A DNA stretch of 64,000 nt from Candidatus Omnitrophota bacterium. Its GTDB lineage: Bacteria; Omnitrophota; Gorgyraeia; Duberdicusellales; 4484-171. The translations under genes were made by a program, and so were the position numbers. Position 1 is the stretch's first letter, and each line of letters starts with the position of its first letter. The DNA lies in assembly GCA_003154195.1 (NCBI GenBank), contig PMCS01000008.1, positions 143,366-207,365 on the forward strand. The letters are read 5' to 3'. Below, one piece after another: positions 29,331-38,668 of this stretch. The notes beneath the pieces were generated by a model, which was given only the letters and a program-made list of their open reading frames with translations, did no database searches and was not told the origin of the DNA.

Positions 29331-29440
29331 AAAAAAATTTCTTACAACCGGCTATCGCCGGAATTTTTTTATCTGTTTTGCCCGCCACAAATAATCAATA
29401 TTTAGGCGGGTCCGCCTTTGGCGGAAAAACCTATGATGCG

Positions 29441-29503
29441 GTTTTTCCGCTGAAAACGAGACTTCGCCAAAAGTTAGAAACTTTCGGCGAGCAAACTTTC
29501 CCT
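29441..29503. repeat. family A hairpin repeat (GAGACTTCGCCAAAAGTT...AACTTTCGGCGAGCAAACTTTCCC), copy 1
   Basis: ggtttttccgctgaaaacgagacttcgccaaaagttagaaactttcggcgagcaaactttccc; near-identical copies at 45531 and 57090. Confidence 0.7.
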
Positions 29504-29596
29504 TTTTTATAGGAATAGTCAATCCTACGGGGGGATAAACAAGATTAATGATTGTATCACGCCAATTGACTTTGCTCAACTAAAAACAATGCGTTA

Positions 29597-29624
29597 TTGC
29601 GCCCAGTTTGAATTATGATATAAT
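29597..29624 (+). promoter_or_regulatory. sigma70-type promoter with extended -10 (TTGCGC-16nt-TGaTATAAT)
   Basis: ttgcgc at 29597-29602, 16-nt spacer, tataat at 29619-29624 preceded by tga (TGnTATAAT). Confidence 0.45.
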
Positions 29625-29675
29625 TTCTTCGGTGAATAAAAATCAAAAAGTATTATTTTTGCGTTGCATCTTATC

Positions 29676-29707
29676 CCATCCGCGAAGCGGATGGCGGTTA
29701 TTTTTTT
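29676..29707 (+). terminator. rho-independent terminator/attenuator ~50 nt downstream of the promoter
   Basis: ccatccgc-gaag-gcggatgg followed by cggttattttttt. Confidence 0.55.
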
Positions 29708-29724
29708 ACGGAGTACCCAAAGGG

Positions 29725-29782
29725 TAATTCGACTACCGCCTCGCGCGGCGCCCTTCGGGCTTGCGCTCGTTAAGTCTCATTA
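29725..29782. repeat. 58-nt structured repeat (TAATTCGACTACC...GTCTCATTA), copy 2; ends 10 nt before the oxidoreductase ATG
   Basis: taattcgactaccgcctcgcgcggcgcccttcgggcttgcgctcgttaagtctcatta versus copy 1 at 3338-3396. The substitutions are compensatory in the predicted stem (GCGC..GCGC versus ACGC..GCGT). Confidence 0.65.
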
Positions 29783-29792
29783 AAAAAATAAT

Positions 29793-30689
29793 ATGAGAGT
29801 AGCCGTAATCGGAATCGGAAAATTAGGCAGCATTCATCTACGTATCTACCGGGAGATTACCGGAATAGAGAAGGTCTACGTCGTCGATACCGACCCGGCA
29901 AAACTTCCTGCACCGGACGGCGTCGAATATCTTGCGGACTACCGCAGCCTTTTGGGCAAGGTCGACATGGCCAGCATCGCCACCCCCACGACTACCCACT
30001 TTAAAATCGCCAAATTCTTCCTGGAACATAAAATACCGGTTTTAGTGGAAAAACCGCTCACCCAGAACCTAAAAGAAGCCGCTAAGTTGGTCTCTCTTTC
30101 GAAAAAAAACAAAACTCTGCTCTGCGTCGGCCACGTCGAACGTTACAATAACGCCTATTTAGCCATAAAAAAAATCATCAAAAACCCGATTTTTATCGAA
30201 TGTCACCGGCTCAGCCCTTACCCCTACCGTTCTCTCGACATCAGCGTTGTCCTCGATTTGATGATCCATGACCTGGACATCATCCAATACCTCGTAAAAG
30301 ATAAAATCAAAAGAATCGAGGCCAAGGGCGTGAAGGTCCTTTCTAAATCCGAAGATATCGCCAACGCCAGGATTACTTTTGCCAAAGGCTGCGTTGCCAA
30401 CATCACCTCATCGCGGGTATCGGCAAAAAAAGAAAGGAAACTGCGTATTTTCATGCATAACGCCTATATCTCCATGGACTACGCCGAACAGCAGGCGGAA
30501 GTATATAAAAAAAGCGGCAATCAGATCATTAAGGAACTCCTGCCGATCAATAAAGAAGAATCGTTAAAAAACGAGATCATCCATTTCGTCGAGCTAGTAA
30601 AAAATAAAACCTTCGCCATCGAATACGCCGAAAAAGCCAAAGACGCTTTGGCGTTAGCGTTACGAGTGCAGAGAGAGATAACGAAATAA
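29793..30689 (+). CDS. Gfo/Idh/MocA-family NAD(P)-dependent oxidoreductase
   Basis: 298 aa; MRVAVIGIGKLGSIHL Rossmann N-terminus ... EKPL ... a C-terminal GFO_IDH_MocA-type domain. Upstream of lpxB, as in many lipid A clusters. Confidence 0.75.
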   Translation: MRVAVIGIGKLGSIHLRIYREITGIEKVYVVDTDPAKLPAPDGVEYLADYRSLLGKVDMASIATPTTTHFKIAKFFLEHKIPVLVEKPLTQNLKEAAKLVSLSKKNKTLLCVGHVERYNNAYLAIKKIIKNPIFIECHRLSPYPYRSLDISVVLDLMIHDLDIIQYLVKDKIKRIEAKGVKVLSKSEDIANARITFAKGCVANITSSRVSAKKERKLRIFMHNAYISMDYAEQQAEVYKKSGNQIIKELLPINKEESLKNEIIHFVELVKNKTFAIEYAEKAKDALALALRVQREITK

Positions 30690-30795
30690 TATGTAGGGGC
30701 CGGCCCCTGTGCCGGCCCGTTACAAATAATAAAATAAACAATAACCATCGATAAATCATAGCGGGCGGACACACCGGTCCGCCCCTACAATTATT

Positions 30796-31890
30796 ATGAA
30801 AAAAATCATCATCGTTGCCGGCGATAAATCCGGCGATCTCTACGGCGGATTTCTCGGCCAAAAACTGTCCGAGAAATCCGATGAGATAGAAATTTACTCC
30901 TTTGGTGGAGAAAAACTGGCGGCACACTCAAAACAGCTCATTAACCTTTTAGAGCACTCCGTCACCGGCCTCGTCGAAGTCTTATTCTCTTTAAAAAAAA
31001 TCATCGCTACCTTCAACCAAATTATTACCAAAATCCACGAAATAAAACCTGATTTGATTATTCTCATCGATTTTCCCGATTTTAACCTGCGGCTGGCGAA
31101 AAAACTGAACAAAAAATACCCACTTTTTTATTACGTCAGTCCGCAAGTCTGGGCCTGGCGCAAAGAGCGCGTTAAAGAAATAAAAAAATACGTGGATAAA
31201 ATGGTAGTGATCTTTAATTTCGAAAAAGACTTCTACCAAAAAGAAGGCGTGGACGCGCTGTATTTCGGCCACCCGCTTCTGGAAATCGTTAAAAAAACCA
31301 ATCCCTCCACGCAAAAAATCATAACTCTGATGCCCGGCTCGCGGCGCAACGAAATAAAAAAGCACTTACCCGTAATGCTTGCGGCGGCAAAAATTATCAA
31401 ACAAGCCTTGCCCGATTATAATTTCCGAATTATCCGCCCGCCGAATATCAACAAAATGTTCTACAAAGATCTATTGTCGGGTATGGATATAGTAGATATA
31501 GAAATTAAAGACCATTCCTACCAGGCAATCGAAGAATCGGCGTTTGTCATCGCTTCCAGCGGCACAACTACAGTAGAGCTGGCGATATTAGAAGTCCCCT
31601 TTATCCTGATGTATAAAGTCAATAGCTTAAGCTGGTTTTTAGTCCAGCGATTGGTTAACGTAAAATTCGCCGGAATGGTAAATATTCTGGCGGGAAGAAA
31701 AATCATCGAGGAATTTTTGCAGGATCAAGCAAGCGCGGAAAATTTAGCTAAAGCGGCAATCGAAGTTATGAAAACAAAAGAAAAATACAATCAGATAAAA
31801 ACCGACCTCAAAAATATCAAGACAATCCTCTCTCCTGAAGGCGCCACGGACAGCTTCGCAAGATACATAGAATCATTTCTGAAAAAATAA
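30796..31890 (+). CDS. lpxB: lipid-A-disaccharide synthase
   Basis: 364 aa; KIIIVAGDKSGDLYGGFL...YYVSPQVWAWR...SGTTTVELAI, the LpxB hallmark motifs. Confidence 0.85.
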   Translation: MKKIIIVAGDKSGDLYGGFLGQKLSEKSDEIEIYSFGGEKLAAHSKQLINLLEHSVTGLVEVLFSLKKIIATFNQIITKIHEIKPDLIILIDFPDFNLRLAKKLNKKYPLFYYVSPQVWAWRKERVKEIKKYVDKMVVIFNFEKDFYQKEGVDALYFGHPLLEIVKKTNPSTQKIITLMPGSRRNEIKKHLPVMLAAAKIIKQALPDYNFRIIRPPNINKMFYKDLLSGMDIVDIEIKDHSYQAIEESAFVIASSGTTTVELAILEVPFILMYKVNSLSWFLVQRLVNVKFAGMVNILAGRKIIEEFLQDQASAENLAKAAIEVMKTKEKYNQIKTDLKNIKTILSPEGATDSFARYIESFLKK

Positions 31891-31904
31891 GCCGCAAGAA
31901 TACC

Positions 31905-31998
31905 GTGTCCACAGATTGCTCAGATTTTACAGATTAACTTTTAATTCTATACTGCCTAATCCATATTTTCTGATAAATCAGCGAAATCTGTGGACAAG
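31905..31998. repeat. family C intergenic element (CAGATT arrays with TGTCCACAGATT / AATCTGTGGACA termini), copy 1
   Basis: gtgtccacagattgctcagattttacagatt ... tcagcgaaatctgtggacaagac followed by tttttgtttttaa. Lies between the convergent lpxB and giant-gene 3' ends. Confidence 0.65.
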
Positions 31999-32018
31999 AC
32001 TTTTTGTTTTTAAATATT

Positions 32019-35000
32019 TTACTTCCACGCTTTTGCCGCCAATTCATCTATAGTTTCTTTCGCCGAGACATCTTTCATAAACGTAATCACAAATTGCAAG
32101 CGGTTAAAATGCGGGTTGAGACGGCTATCGGCCAGAGCTGCGTCCATGCCGGGGCCGCTGGTTTGAAGATTAAAGCTCTTGCCGGTGACGTCGATACCGC
32201 CCAAGGGCGTTGAGCCGGTCCCCTCCGGGGAGGCTCCGCTTCGCTCCGCGCTTGAGCCCGTTGAAGAAAGCGGCGAGGCGGCGGATTGTCTTTCTGCTTT
32301 TCCCCCCAGAGGTGAAGCGGCGGCTCTTCTTTCTTCTTCCCTCACCCCCTCTCCTTTGACATCTAACAGGACAAACTTATCCGACATATCCATACTGTTA
32401 TATTTATCTGGACCGAACCCAATATCGGTAAATGTCTGCCAGCTATCCCTGTGCAACGGTACAACGCTGATAGTCTTACCTTGCTGGTAAACTGTCATTT
32501 TAGGAATAGTTATTTCATTAGAGAAATTAAACGACCCTCCAATTTCCGCCGGCAAAGCGATACCGATACAATCGAGTTTTCGCGCGGTAACAGATAGTCC
32601 CCTGAATACATTCATTAATAATTTTCCGCCGTCAAGAGAAGGAGAATTAAGCGTATCTATGGTCAGGACTCTTTCGCCTTTATCGGTCACGCCAACCATC
32701 AACCCGATATATCCTTTAAGTTCTTTTCCTTTATAAACAAAATAGTATTGCGTATCTTCATGCATTGTCCGGGTAAACGGAAATCCCTTATCCGTATCCA
32801 TAAAGAAAGAACAATCGATCATCCCGGCCCGGCCGCGGAAGGCCGCCAAAAATCCCTGGCCGACAAAACGATAGTTGGTATTTCCCGCACGCTGGACGGA
32901 TACTAACGCCGGCCGGGATAAATCTTCCAGCAACTTGCTCACCGCCTTAATCTTCTCCGCCTTTATCCCCAAAGAATCAGGTAAGTGCTTTTTGTAACCT
33001 TCGAAGTTTATAAGTGCGGCGGTGAGCCGCTCAATATCGGTTGAATCAAGATCACTGGCCAATGCTTCATCGGATAAAACATCGGCGACGATTAAATCTC
33101 GCATCAACCCAAAGCAGGCTGCTTCGATTACATTATCCCCGCGGTTGCCTCTGGCCAATTTTTCAGCCAAAAGAAATACAGTCTTATAAAATTCCTTCCG
33201 GTTATCCCTGAAATACTGTTCCATATCGTCTGTGGAAGGATATTCAATATGGAAGCGTCCACCGCCTAGCAGCCTTCCTTCGGTAACAGCTTTACGACGC
33301 TGCATCTCATAATAGATCCCTTTAACACTGGAAAATTTATGCCCCGGGCCGAATACTTTTGCGATCAGGCTCAAATCGTCTATGCCTTTTTTTATCTCCC
33401 TTAACTGCCGGGCATGTTCATCGATCACCACGGAATTGACGGAAGTGGCGTCAAGCACAGTAACCCCTTCTTCGCTTACCTCAAAACCAGGCAGCGCCCG
33501 TTTCTTAGCAAACATCTTCTGCCAACTGCCGGGATACTTGGCGTCGTATTCCTTAAATTTAGCCAAGCGCTCTTTTAATTCGTCAAGGGTCATATTGATG
33601 CCCGCGACTCTTATCCCGGCATAAGCATACCAAACCGACGCCTCGTCGTCGTAGTTGAAACCGGCGTCATCGTCAACCGCCGCCGCGGCATCACGCATAA
33701 TTTCCTCTAAGGCAGCGCGGGAATCTTCTTCGGTTAAATACCACTCCACGACTTTTGGCTCATATGGTAAATTGCTCTTGCTCCACAATTTATATTTTTT
33801 ATAATCCTCACCAGCGTTCATCCCTTGTCGGGCCAGCTCATCGCTATAGACTAAGACTAAAGCTTGGGCTGCAGCCTGGACTACATCATGATTTCCATTA
33901 ACAACGCTCCTTAAGGCATCACGGGTGGCTTCTTTTTCCTGCTGGTCCATCCCGGCGTAAGCCAAACCCAAGGCTTTGGCCGCGGCCAGGCATACCGCCC
34001 AATCTTCGGCGGCGGCGGTAAGTCGGCTTCTTAATTCATCCAGCGACATATTATTCTGCCGAAACATCGCGGCATAAATCAAGCCTAACGCGTTGGCTCC
34101 AACTCGACACAAATCAAGCTCCGCATAGGTAAGCGTGCTTTTTAAAGCCTCGGCTATCCCCTTTGCTATACCCGGTTGTCGGACCAGTTCGCTGCCGACC
34201 AGGCCTAAAGCCTGGGCCGCGGCCTTGATTACGTCCCAATTCGGGTCATTAAGTTTGCTTTTAAAAATTTCTACTATCTCCGGAGAGACTTCTTCTCCCT
34301 GTCGGGCTAATACGGTATAGATCAAGCCTAAAGCTTCGACTACGGCCAAGCGCACCCACCCATCTTCGTCGCTGAGCTTACTTTTAAAAGCCTCTACTAT
34401 CTCCGGGGGGACTTTTTTTGCATGCCGCGCCAATTCACTGCAGACGGTGCCTAATATTTGGGCCGCGACACGCGACATACCAGAATCCTGATCGGTGAGT
34501 TTCTCCCTAAAGTAACCTATTTCCCGGAGCAGAAAAGCTTCTTCTTCCGGTTGTCCAGCCATTTCAGTATAGAATATACCTAAAGCTTTGACCGCGGCCT
34601 GGCTTACGGGATCAAACCTGTCAGTAAGCTGAATTTTTAAAGCCTCTACTATCTCCGGGGGAACTTTTTCTGCCCTTCGTGCCAGCGCGGCACAGGCCAT
34701 GCCTAAAGCTCCAACCATAGCCTGGCGTACAACCCAATTTCTTTCGACATCAAGTGCGTCTTTTAATTCAGTTAAGTCTGCTCTTTTTCCATTTCGGGCT
34801 AACGCGGTGTAGATTGCGCCTAAAACTTGGGCTGCGTCTCGGCGTATGCTATAATTCGAATCGCTCAAATCGCTAAGCTTGCTTTTTATCTCTGAGGCCA
34901 GGAAGGCTTCTCTCCCCGGTTGTCCAGCCAGTTCGGTGTAGACCAAGCATAAAGCATCAATCAAAGCCAGGCGCATGTCCGCATTCATTTCACCAACAAG

Positions 35001-38000
35001 CAGGCCTTTAAAAGCCTCTATCTCTCGGAAGATTTCTTTTCCCTTTCGCGCCATCTCAGTATAGACCAAACCTAAAGCTTTAATCGCATTTTGGCGTGTT
35101 TTAGGAGACTCAACGGAGCTGTAAACGGAGGTGTATTTACGTTGTAAATCAGTTAAGTCGACTTCTTTTCCCTGTCGGACCATCTCACTGTAAATCAGCC
35201 CCAAAGATTCAATCGCGGCCTGGCGTACGTTATCATCCCAATCGTTAAGTCTGTTTTTTAAAAGAGTTAAGTTGACTTCTTCTCCCCTACGAATCAGTTC
35301 GCTGTAGAATAAACCTAAAGCTTGAGCCGCGGCCTTGCGTATATACCAATTCTTGTCGTGAAGATCGCCTTCTATGGACAGCATGGATCGAACCGCTCGC
35401 TGGGAAAGAGTCAGGGGTTTATCGCTCTTAGGCAGAGTAAAAGTCCGGACCGGCGAAGCGGCGGATGAACTCTCTGCTTTTTTTCCGAGGGGCGCGACAT
35501 CCCTGGCGACCGCACATCTACCATGTGTTATATCATGGCCGTTGAACCGGTTAACATCTCTTAAATCGACACGGGGTTGGTTGGAGAACATCCTTTTATA
35601 AAAATCGAGAATATCGGGATTGTTGCTTCCCAATCCCGGATCTGACTCATCTCTCATGGGAACGAGTACTTTTGTCGCGCCGAGGGAACGGGCGATTTTC
35701 TCTTCGTAATCCAAAACCTGCCTCATCAAATCTTCGGTGACAATGCTTTCCGTAACTTCCTTGCGCGGGCTGAAGCCACGGTCGATAAGGACAGGCTCGT
35801 TGGTCCCGGCAATGGCATTACCAATAATAAGAAGAGTACCGCCTAAAAGGTCGTTAGTATCGGCATCGACAAGCACCAAGGCCACCATGTTATCGTTGTC
35901 TTCCATGGTATGATTTGTGCGCGTCCAACATTCGTCACTAAAATAGCCGATAAATTCGGCAAGCCAGCCCCTGGTGGGAACGATTTTTATCCTCCGGGTA
36001 AAACCGCCTGCCTTTATGCGTTCGCTCTCGTCTCTTAAGGCCTTGGCATCGATCGGCTTAAACAGGGCCCGGGCTCTTTGTTGATCATTGGAAATACCTT
36101 CCGAAGGAAAACCATCGACGAGTTCAATTAATTTAGAGATAGTCTCATGGGTCAACTCCTTGCCGCGACGGCCTCTAAAATATTCCAACAACTTTGACAA
36201 GCCGGTGTTATGATAAAAAGCGTAGGTAAGTAGTAACCTCCTGACCACCGGCCTAGTCGTTTTAACAGAGTTTATCGTTGTTATTGTCTCGATGGTTAAA
36301 TTCAATAAAGGAAATTGCCCCTTGGGCGCGGCTTCAAGCTCTGACCTGGCTGATCTTAACAATCTCAGTTTTCTTTCTACATCCGCTATCTTTCTCGCCT
36401 CCGTAGCTTCACTAGGCGTATGCGATAACTTCTCGACTTCCTTATCAATCAGAGAGAATAAATCCAGAATCGTAGCGTCATAGGGCGATTTATCTTCTCC
36501 CGCCACGGCGATAGCATCAATCGCGCCTTCAACCGCCTCAACCATTCCTTTACCATAGCTTGCCGCGTCAGCCCCAAGGCCCTGTTGTTTACCGGTAGAG
36601 ACTACGATTGATTCTTCCAACAAGGGGAAACCTTTTGGTAAAGCGGCCATATCTTTATCTTCTTCCTTCTTTTTTTTCTCGTAAGCCTTTTTATAATAAC
36701 CATAAATCGCGTCAAACGGTTCAACCCCATCCTCTCCCCTATGCAGGCTGGTATCGTAATGGACGATATGACGCAATAAAGCATTGACTTCGGGGTCGGA
36801 AATATTTAAATCACCCGGCAAGACAGCGTCAAAGAGATGGCCGAAAATTTTACGGTGTAGCTCACCTTTAATGAATACGCTGTTTTGTCCGCTCGGCTCT
36901 GTCCTTGGCTCTACTGCCGGCGAGGCGACAACTCTTTCTTTTCGTCCCGCGTCCGAGTGACCGGAGGGAACGGACGTCCTACGTCCTACGGATAGCTTTG
37001 CGTTTTGCCCTGTTGCCGGCGACCCGGCTCGCCCCGAAACAATAACCTCACTGCTGATTACTTTTACACCATGGCCTTCACAGATATCGGCTATCGTAAA
37101 CCTGGGAGGAAGGTTTGGCCTAACTTCCAGATTAAAAGCCTTTGGGGTAAAAATTGTTCCGCCCGAAGTATACCGACGCCGCACCGGATGCTTGGTAGCG
37201 CTATCCTGCTCCCGCTTGATACAGTTATAGACACCTCCCTTGTAAGCCTGGACATAAAGGTTAAAGATTTTATCTTTTACGTTCTTGTCGTTTAAATCAA
37301 TCCCGGCGATCTTACTCTGGTCGATGTAGTATTTATAGAAGGTATTTTGGAATTTCTTGCGGAACCAGACGGCTAAGATAAGGGAGTGGTAGATTTGGCG
37401 AAGGGTCGCAAAGCTCTTTCCCTGGTTGACTTCTTGGTTGACTTGAGGCAGAATTACTTCTTTGAATACATTTGAAGCGATCTCATCAGCTTTTTCTTTT
37501 TCATCCTTCATCCTTCGTCCTTCATCCTTCGATTGACCGCGCTGCGCCGCAGTGTAATCGCGCTCATGCATCGTCTTCAGGCTGGCTTCCAGGACAAACG
37601 CCGTATCCCCTTTCTCATAAACCACGCTCTTCTGGGGCATGACCCAGACTTTGTTGTAGGTGTTGATAGAACCGTTGATCCCGTTGAGCCGGTTTTGCCG
37701 GTTGAGCCCGTTAGAATTGGTTTTTGCGATAACCTCATTCCAATACCTTTTTCCCAATTCTGTTTCCGGATAAGTCAAAGAAGAAACGAGTTGCTTCAGG
37801 CAATAATCCTGCCCTAACAGGTCTTTACCGAGATCGGTCAGGGCTAAATTGTCTGAAGCGACTCGTTCCCCTTCATAAGGTGACAGGTTGACCCATAACT
37901 CTTCCTGGGGAAGAGTTAACCCTGCCAGAAAATACTTGATAAGACGATTAGCTTCTTCTTTGGTGACATCTTCTTTATTGGCGGTATCGACTAAGAATTC

Positions 38001-38306
38001 TATGTTGAGAGGGTTTTTAGGATTAAAACGTAAACCTTTAAGCACGGGATAAGAGAACTTTTCCGAAAGGTTGAGGAGTTTGGTCGGGGCTGGAAGGTTG
38101 TAGATCGCACCGGTAGGCTGGGGAGCCGGGGATACGGAAACGGCTTCCGCCATGATTTCCGGCGCGAATGAAGAAAAAAATATCGCGCCGGAAAGAAATA
38201 CAGCGGTGCACCTGAACAGAATAGTACTTCTGCGTATTGGGATTAGCTGGGTCATAACTAATCCAGAAAATACGTCCGGTAAAACGTATTTTCTGCTCCT
38301 TAGCAA
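32019..38306 (-). CDS. giant (2095 aa) exported or membrane-anchored protein with central HEAT/PBS-lyase-like repeat array and Ser/Ala-rich linkers
   Basis: Single uninterrupted ORF in the track. Hydrophobic N-terminal segment AVFLSGAIFFSSFAPEIMA. About 12 or more tandem repeats of the form D..VR.AA..ALG.(I/V)Y(S/T)E(L/M)AR.G..(V)...L. Low-complexity linkers GKKAESSSAASPV and GGKAERQSAASPLSSTGSSAERSGASPEGTGS. No recognisable catalytic motif. Confidence 0.7.
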   Translation of the reverse strand: MLRSRKYVLPDVFSGLVMTQLIPIRRSTILFRCTAVFLSGAIFFSSFAPEIMAEAVSVSPAPQPTGAIYNLPAPTKLLNLSEKFSYPVLKGLRFNPKNPLNIEFLVDTANKEDVTKEEANRLIKYFLAGLTLPQEELWVNLSPYEGERVASDNLALTDLGKDLLGQDYCLKQLVSSLTYPETELGKRYWNEVIAKTNSNGLNRQNRLNGINGSINTYNKVWVMPQKSVVYEKGDTAFVLEASLKTMHERDYTAAQRGQSKDEGRRMKDEKEKADEIASNVFKEVILPQVNQEVNQGKSFATLRQIYHSLILAVWFRKKFQNTFYKYYIDQSKIAGIDLNDKNVKDKIFNLYVQAYKGGVYNCIKREQDSATKHPVRRRYTSGGTIFTPKAFNLEVRPNLPPRFTIADICEGHGVKVISSEVIVSGRAGSPATGQNAKLSVGRRTSVPSGHSDAGRKERVVASPAVEPRTEPSGQNSVFIKGELHRKIFGHLFDAVLPGDLNISDPEVNALLRHIVHYDTSLHRGEDGVEPFDAIYGYYKKAYEKKKKEEDKDMAALPKGFPLLEESIVVSTGKQQGLGADAASYGKGMVEAVEGAIDAIAVAGEDKSPYDATILDLFSLIDKEVEKLSHTPSEATEARKIADVERKLRLLRSARSELEAAPKGQFPLLNLTIETITTINSVKTTRPVVRRLLLTYAFYHNTGLSKLLEYFRGRRGKELTHETISKLIELVDGFPSEGISNDQQRARALFKPIDAKALRDESERIKAGGFTRRIKIVPTRGWLAEFIGYFSDECWTRTNHTMEDNDNMVALVLVDADTNDLLGGTLLIIGNAIAGTNEPVLIDRGFSPRKEVTESIVTEDLMRQVLDYEEKIARSLGATKVLVPMRDESDPGLGSNNPDILDFYKRMFSNQPRVDLRDVNRFNGHDITHGRCAVARDVAPLGKKAESSSAASPVRTFTLPKSDKPLTLSQRAVRSMLSIEGDLHDKNWYIRKAAAQALGLFYSELIRRGEEVNLTLLKNRLNDWDDNVRQAAIESLGLIYSEMVRQGKEVDLTDLQRKYTSVYSSVESPKTRQNAIKALGLVYTEMARKGKEIFREIEAFKGLLVGEMNADMRLALIDALCLVYTELAGQPGREAFLASEIKSKLSDLSDSNYSIRRDAAQVLGAIYTALARNGKRADLTELKDALDVERNWVVRQAMVGALGMACAALARRAEKVPPEIVEALKIQLTDRFDPVSQAAVKALGIFYTEMAGQPEEEAFLLREIGYFREKLTDQDSGMSRVAAQILGTVCSELARHAKKVPPEIVEAFKSKLSDEDGWVRLAVVEALGLIYTVLARQGEEVSPEIVEIFKSKLNDPNWDVIKAAAQALGLVGSELVRQPGIAKGIAEALKSTLTYAELDLCRVGANALGLIYAAMFRQNNMSLDELRSRLTAAAEDWAVCLAAAKALGLAYAGMDQQEKEATRDALRSVVNGNHDVVQAAAQALVLVYSDELARQGMNAGEDYKKYKLWSKSNLPYEPKVVEWYLTEEDSRAALEEIMRDAAAAVDDDAGFNYDDEASVWYAYAGIRVAGINMTLDELKERLAKFKEYDAKYPGSWQKMFAKKRALPGFEVSEEGVTVLDATSVNSVVIDEHARQLREIKKGIDDLSLIAKVFGPGHKFSSVKGIYYEMQRRKAVTEGRLLGGGRFHIEYPSTDDMEQYFRDNRKEFYKTVFLLAEKLARGNRGDNVIEAACFGLMRDLIVADVLSDEALASDLDSTDIERLTAALINFEGYKKHLPDSLGIKAEKIKAVSKLLEDLSRPALVSVQRAGNTNYRFVGQGFLAAFRGRAGMIDCSFFMDTDKGFPFTRTMHEDTQYYFVYKGKELKGYIGLMVGVTDKGERVLTIDTLNSPSLDGGKLLMNVFRGLSVTARKLDCIGIALPAEIGGSFNFSNEITIPKMTVYQQGKTISVVPLHRDSWQTFTDIGFGPDKYNSMDMSDKFVLLDVKGEGVREEERRAAASPLGGKAERQSAASPLSSTGSSAERSGASPEGTGSTPLGGIDVTGKSFNLQTSGPGMDAALADSRLNPHFNRLQFVITFMKDVSAKETIDELAAKAWK

Positions 38307-38405
38307 CAGACAGGCATCGCCTGTCTCTACGCATTATATTTAACATATTTAATCGGGGAAAACCGGAAAAAGGGAGGGTTTTTGAGGGATTTTTGAAAAC
38401 GCTTT

Positions 38406-38456
38406 CTAATCCGGACGAGCCGGAAACAAAAAAAGAAAAAAGCTCGTCCGGATTAG
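38406..38456. other. perfect 15-bp-stem hairpin between the yhcH-like gene and the giant gene
   Basis: ctaatccggacgagc-cggaaacaaaaaaagaaaaaa-gctcgtccggattag. Confidence 0.55.
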
Positions 38457-38487
38457 CTATATCTTGCTCGCGGAAAAAAACTATAAA

Positions 38488-38643
38488 TCATTTTCTAACC
38501 CTACTCTTTAAAAACTCTGTCATTTCTTTACCGGATTTAAAACGTAATTCATCCTTGGTTGATTCGCCGAAAAGGGCTTTCTCTGCCGCTTTTAAATCTT
38601 CCTGACAATATTTATCTTCAAGAATAACTTCCTTAGGGGTCAT
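38488..38643 (-). CDS. possible 51-aa small protein
   Basis: My own translation gives MTPKEVILEDKYCQEDLKAAEKALFGESTKDELRFKSGKEMTEFLKSRVRK; protein-like composition, 26 nt downstream of the yhcH-like gene, but no clear SD. Confidence 0.25.
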   Translation of the reverse strand: MTPKEVILEDKYCQEDLKAAEKALFGESTKDELRFKSGKEMTEFLKSRVRK

Positions 38644-38668
38644 AATTATCTTGTTATCTACATATATT

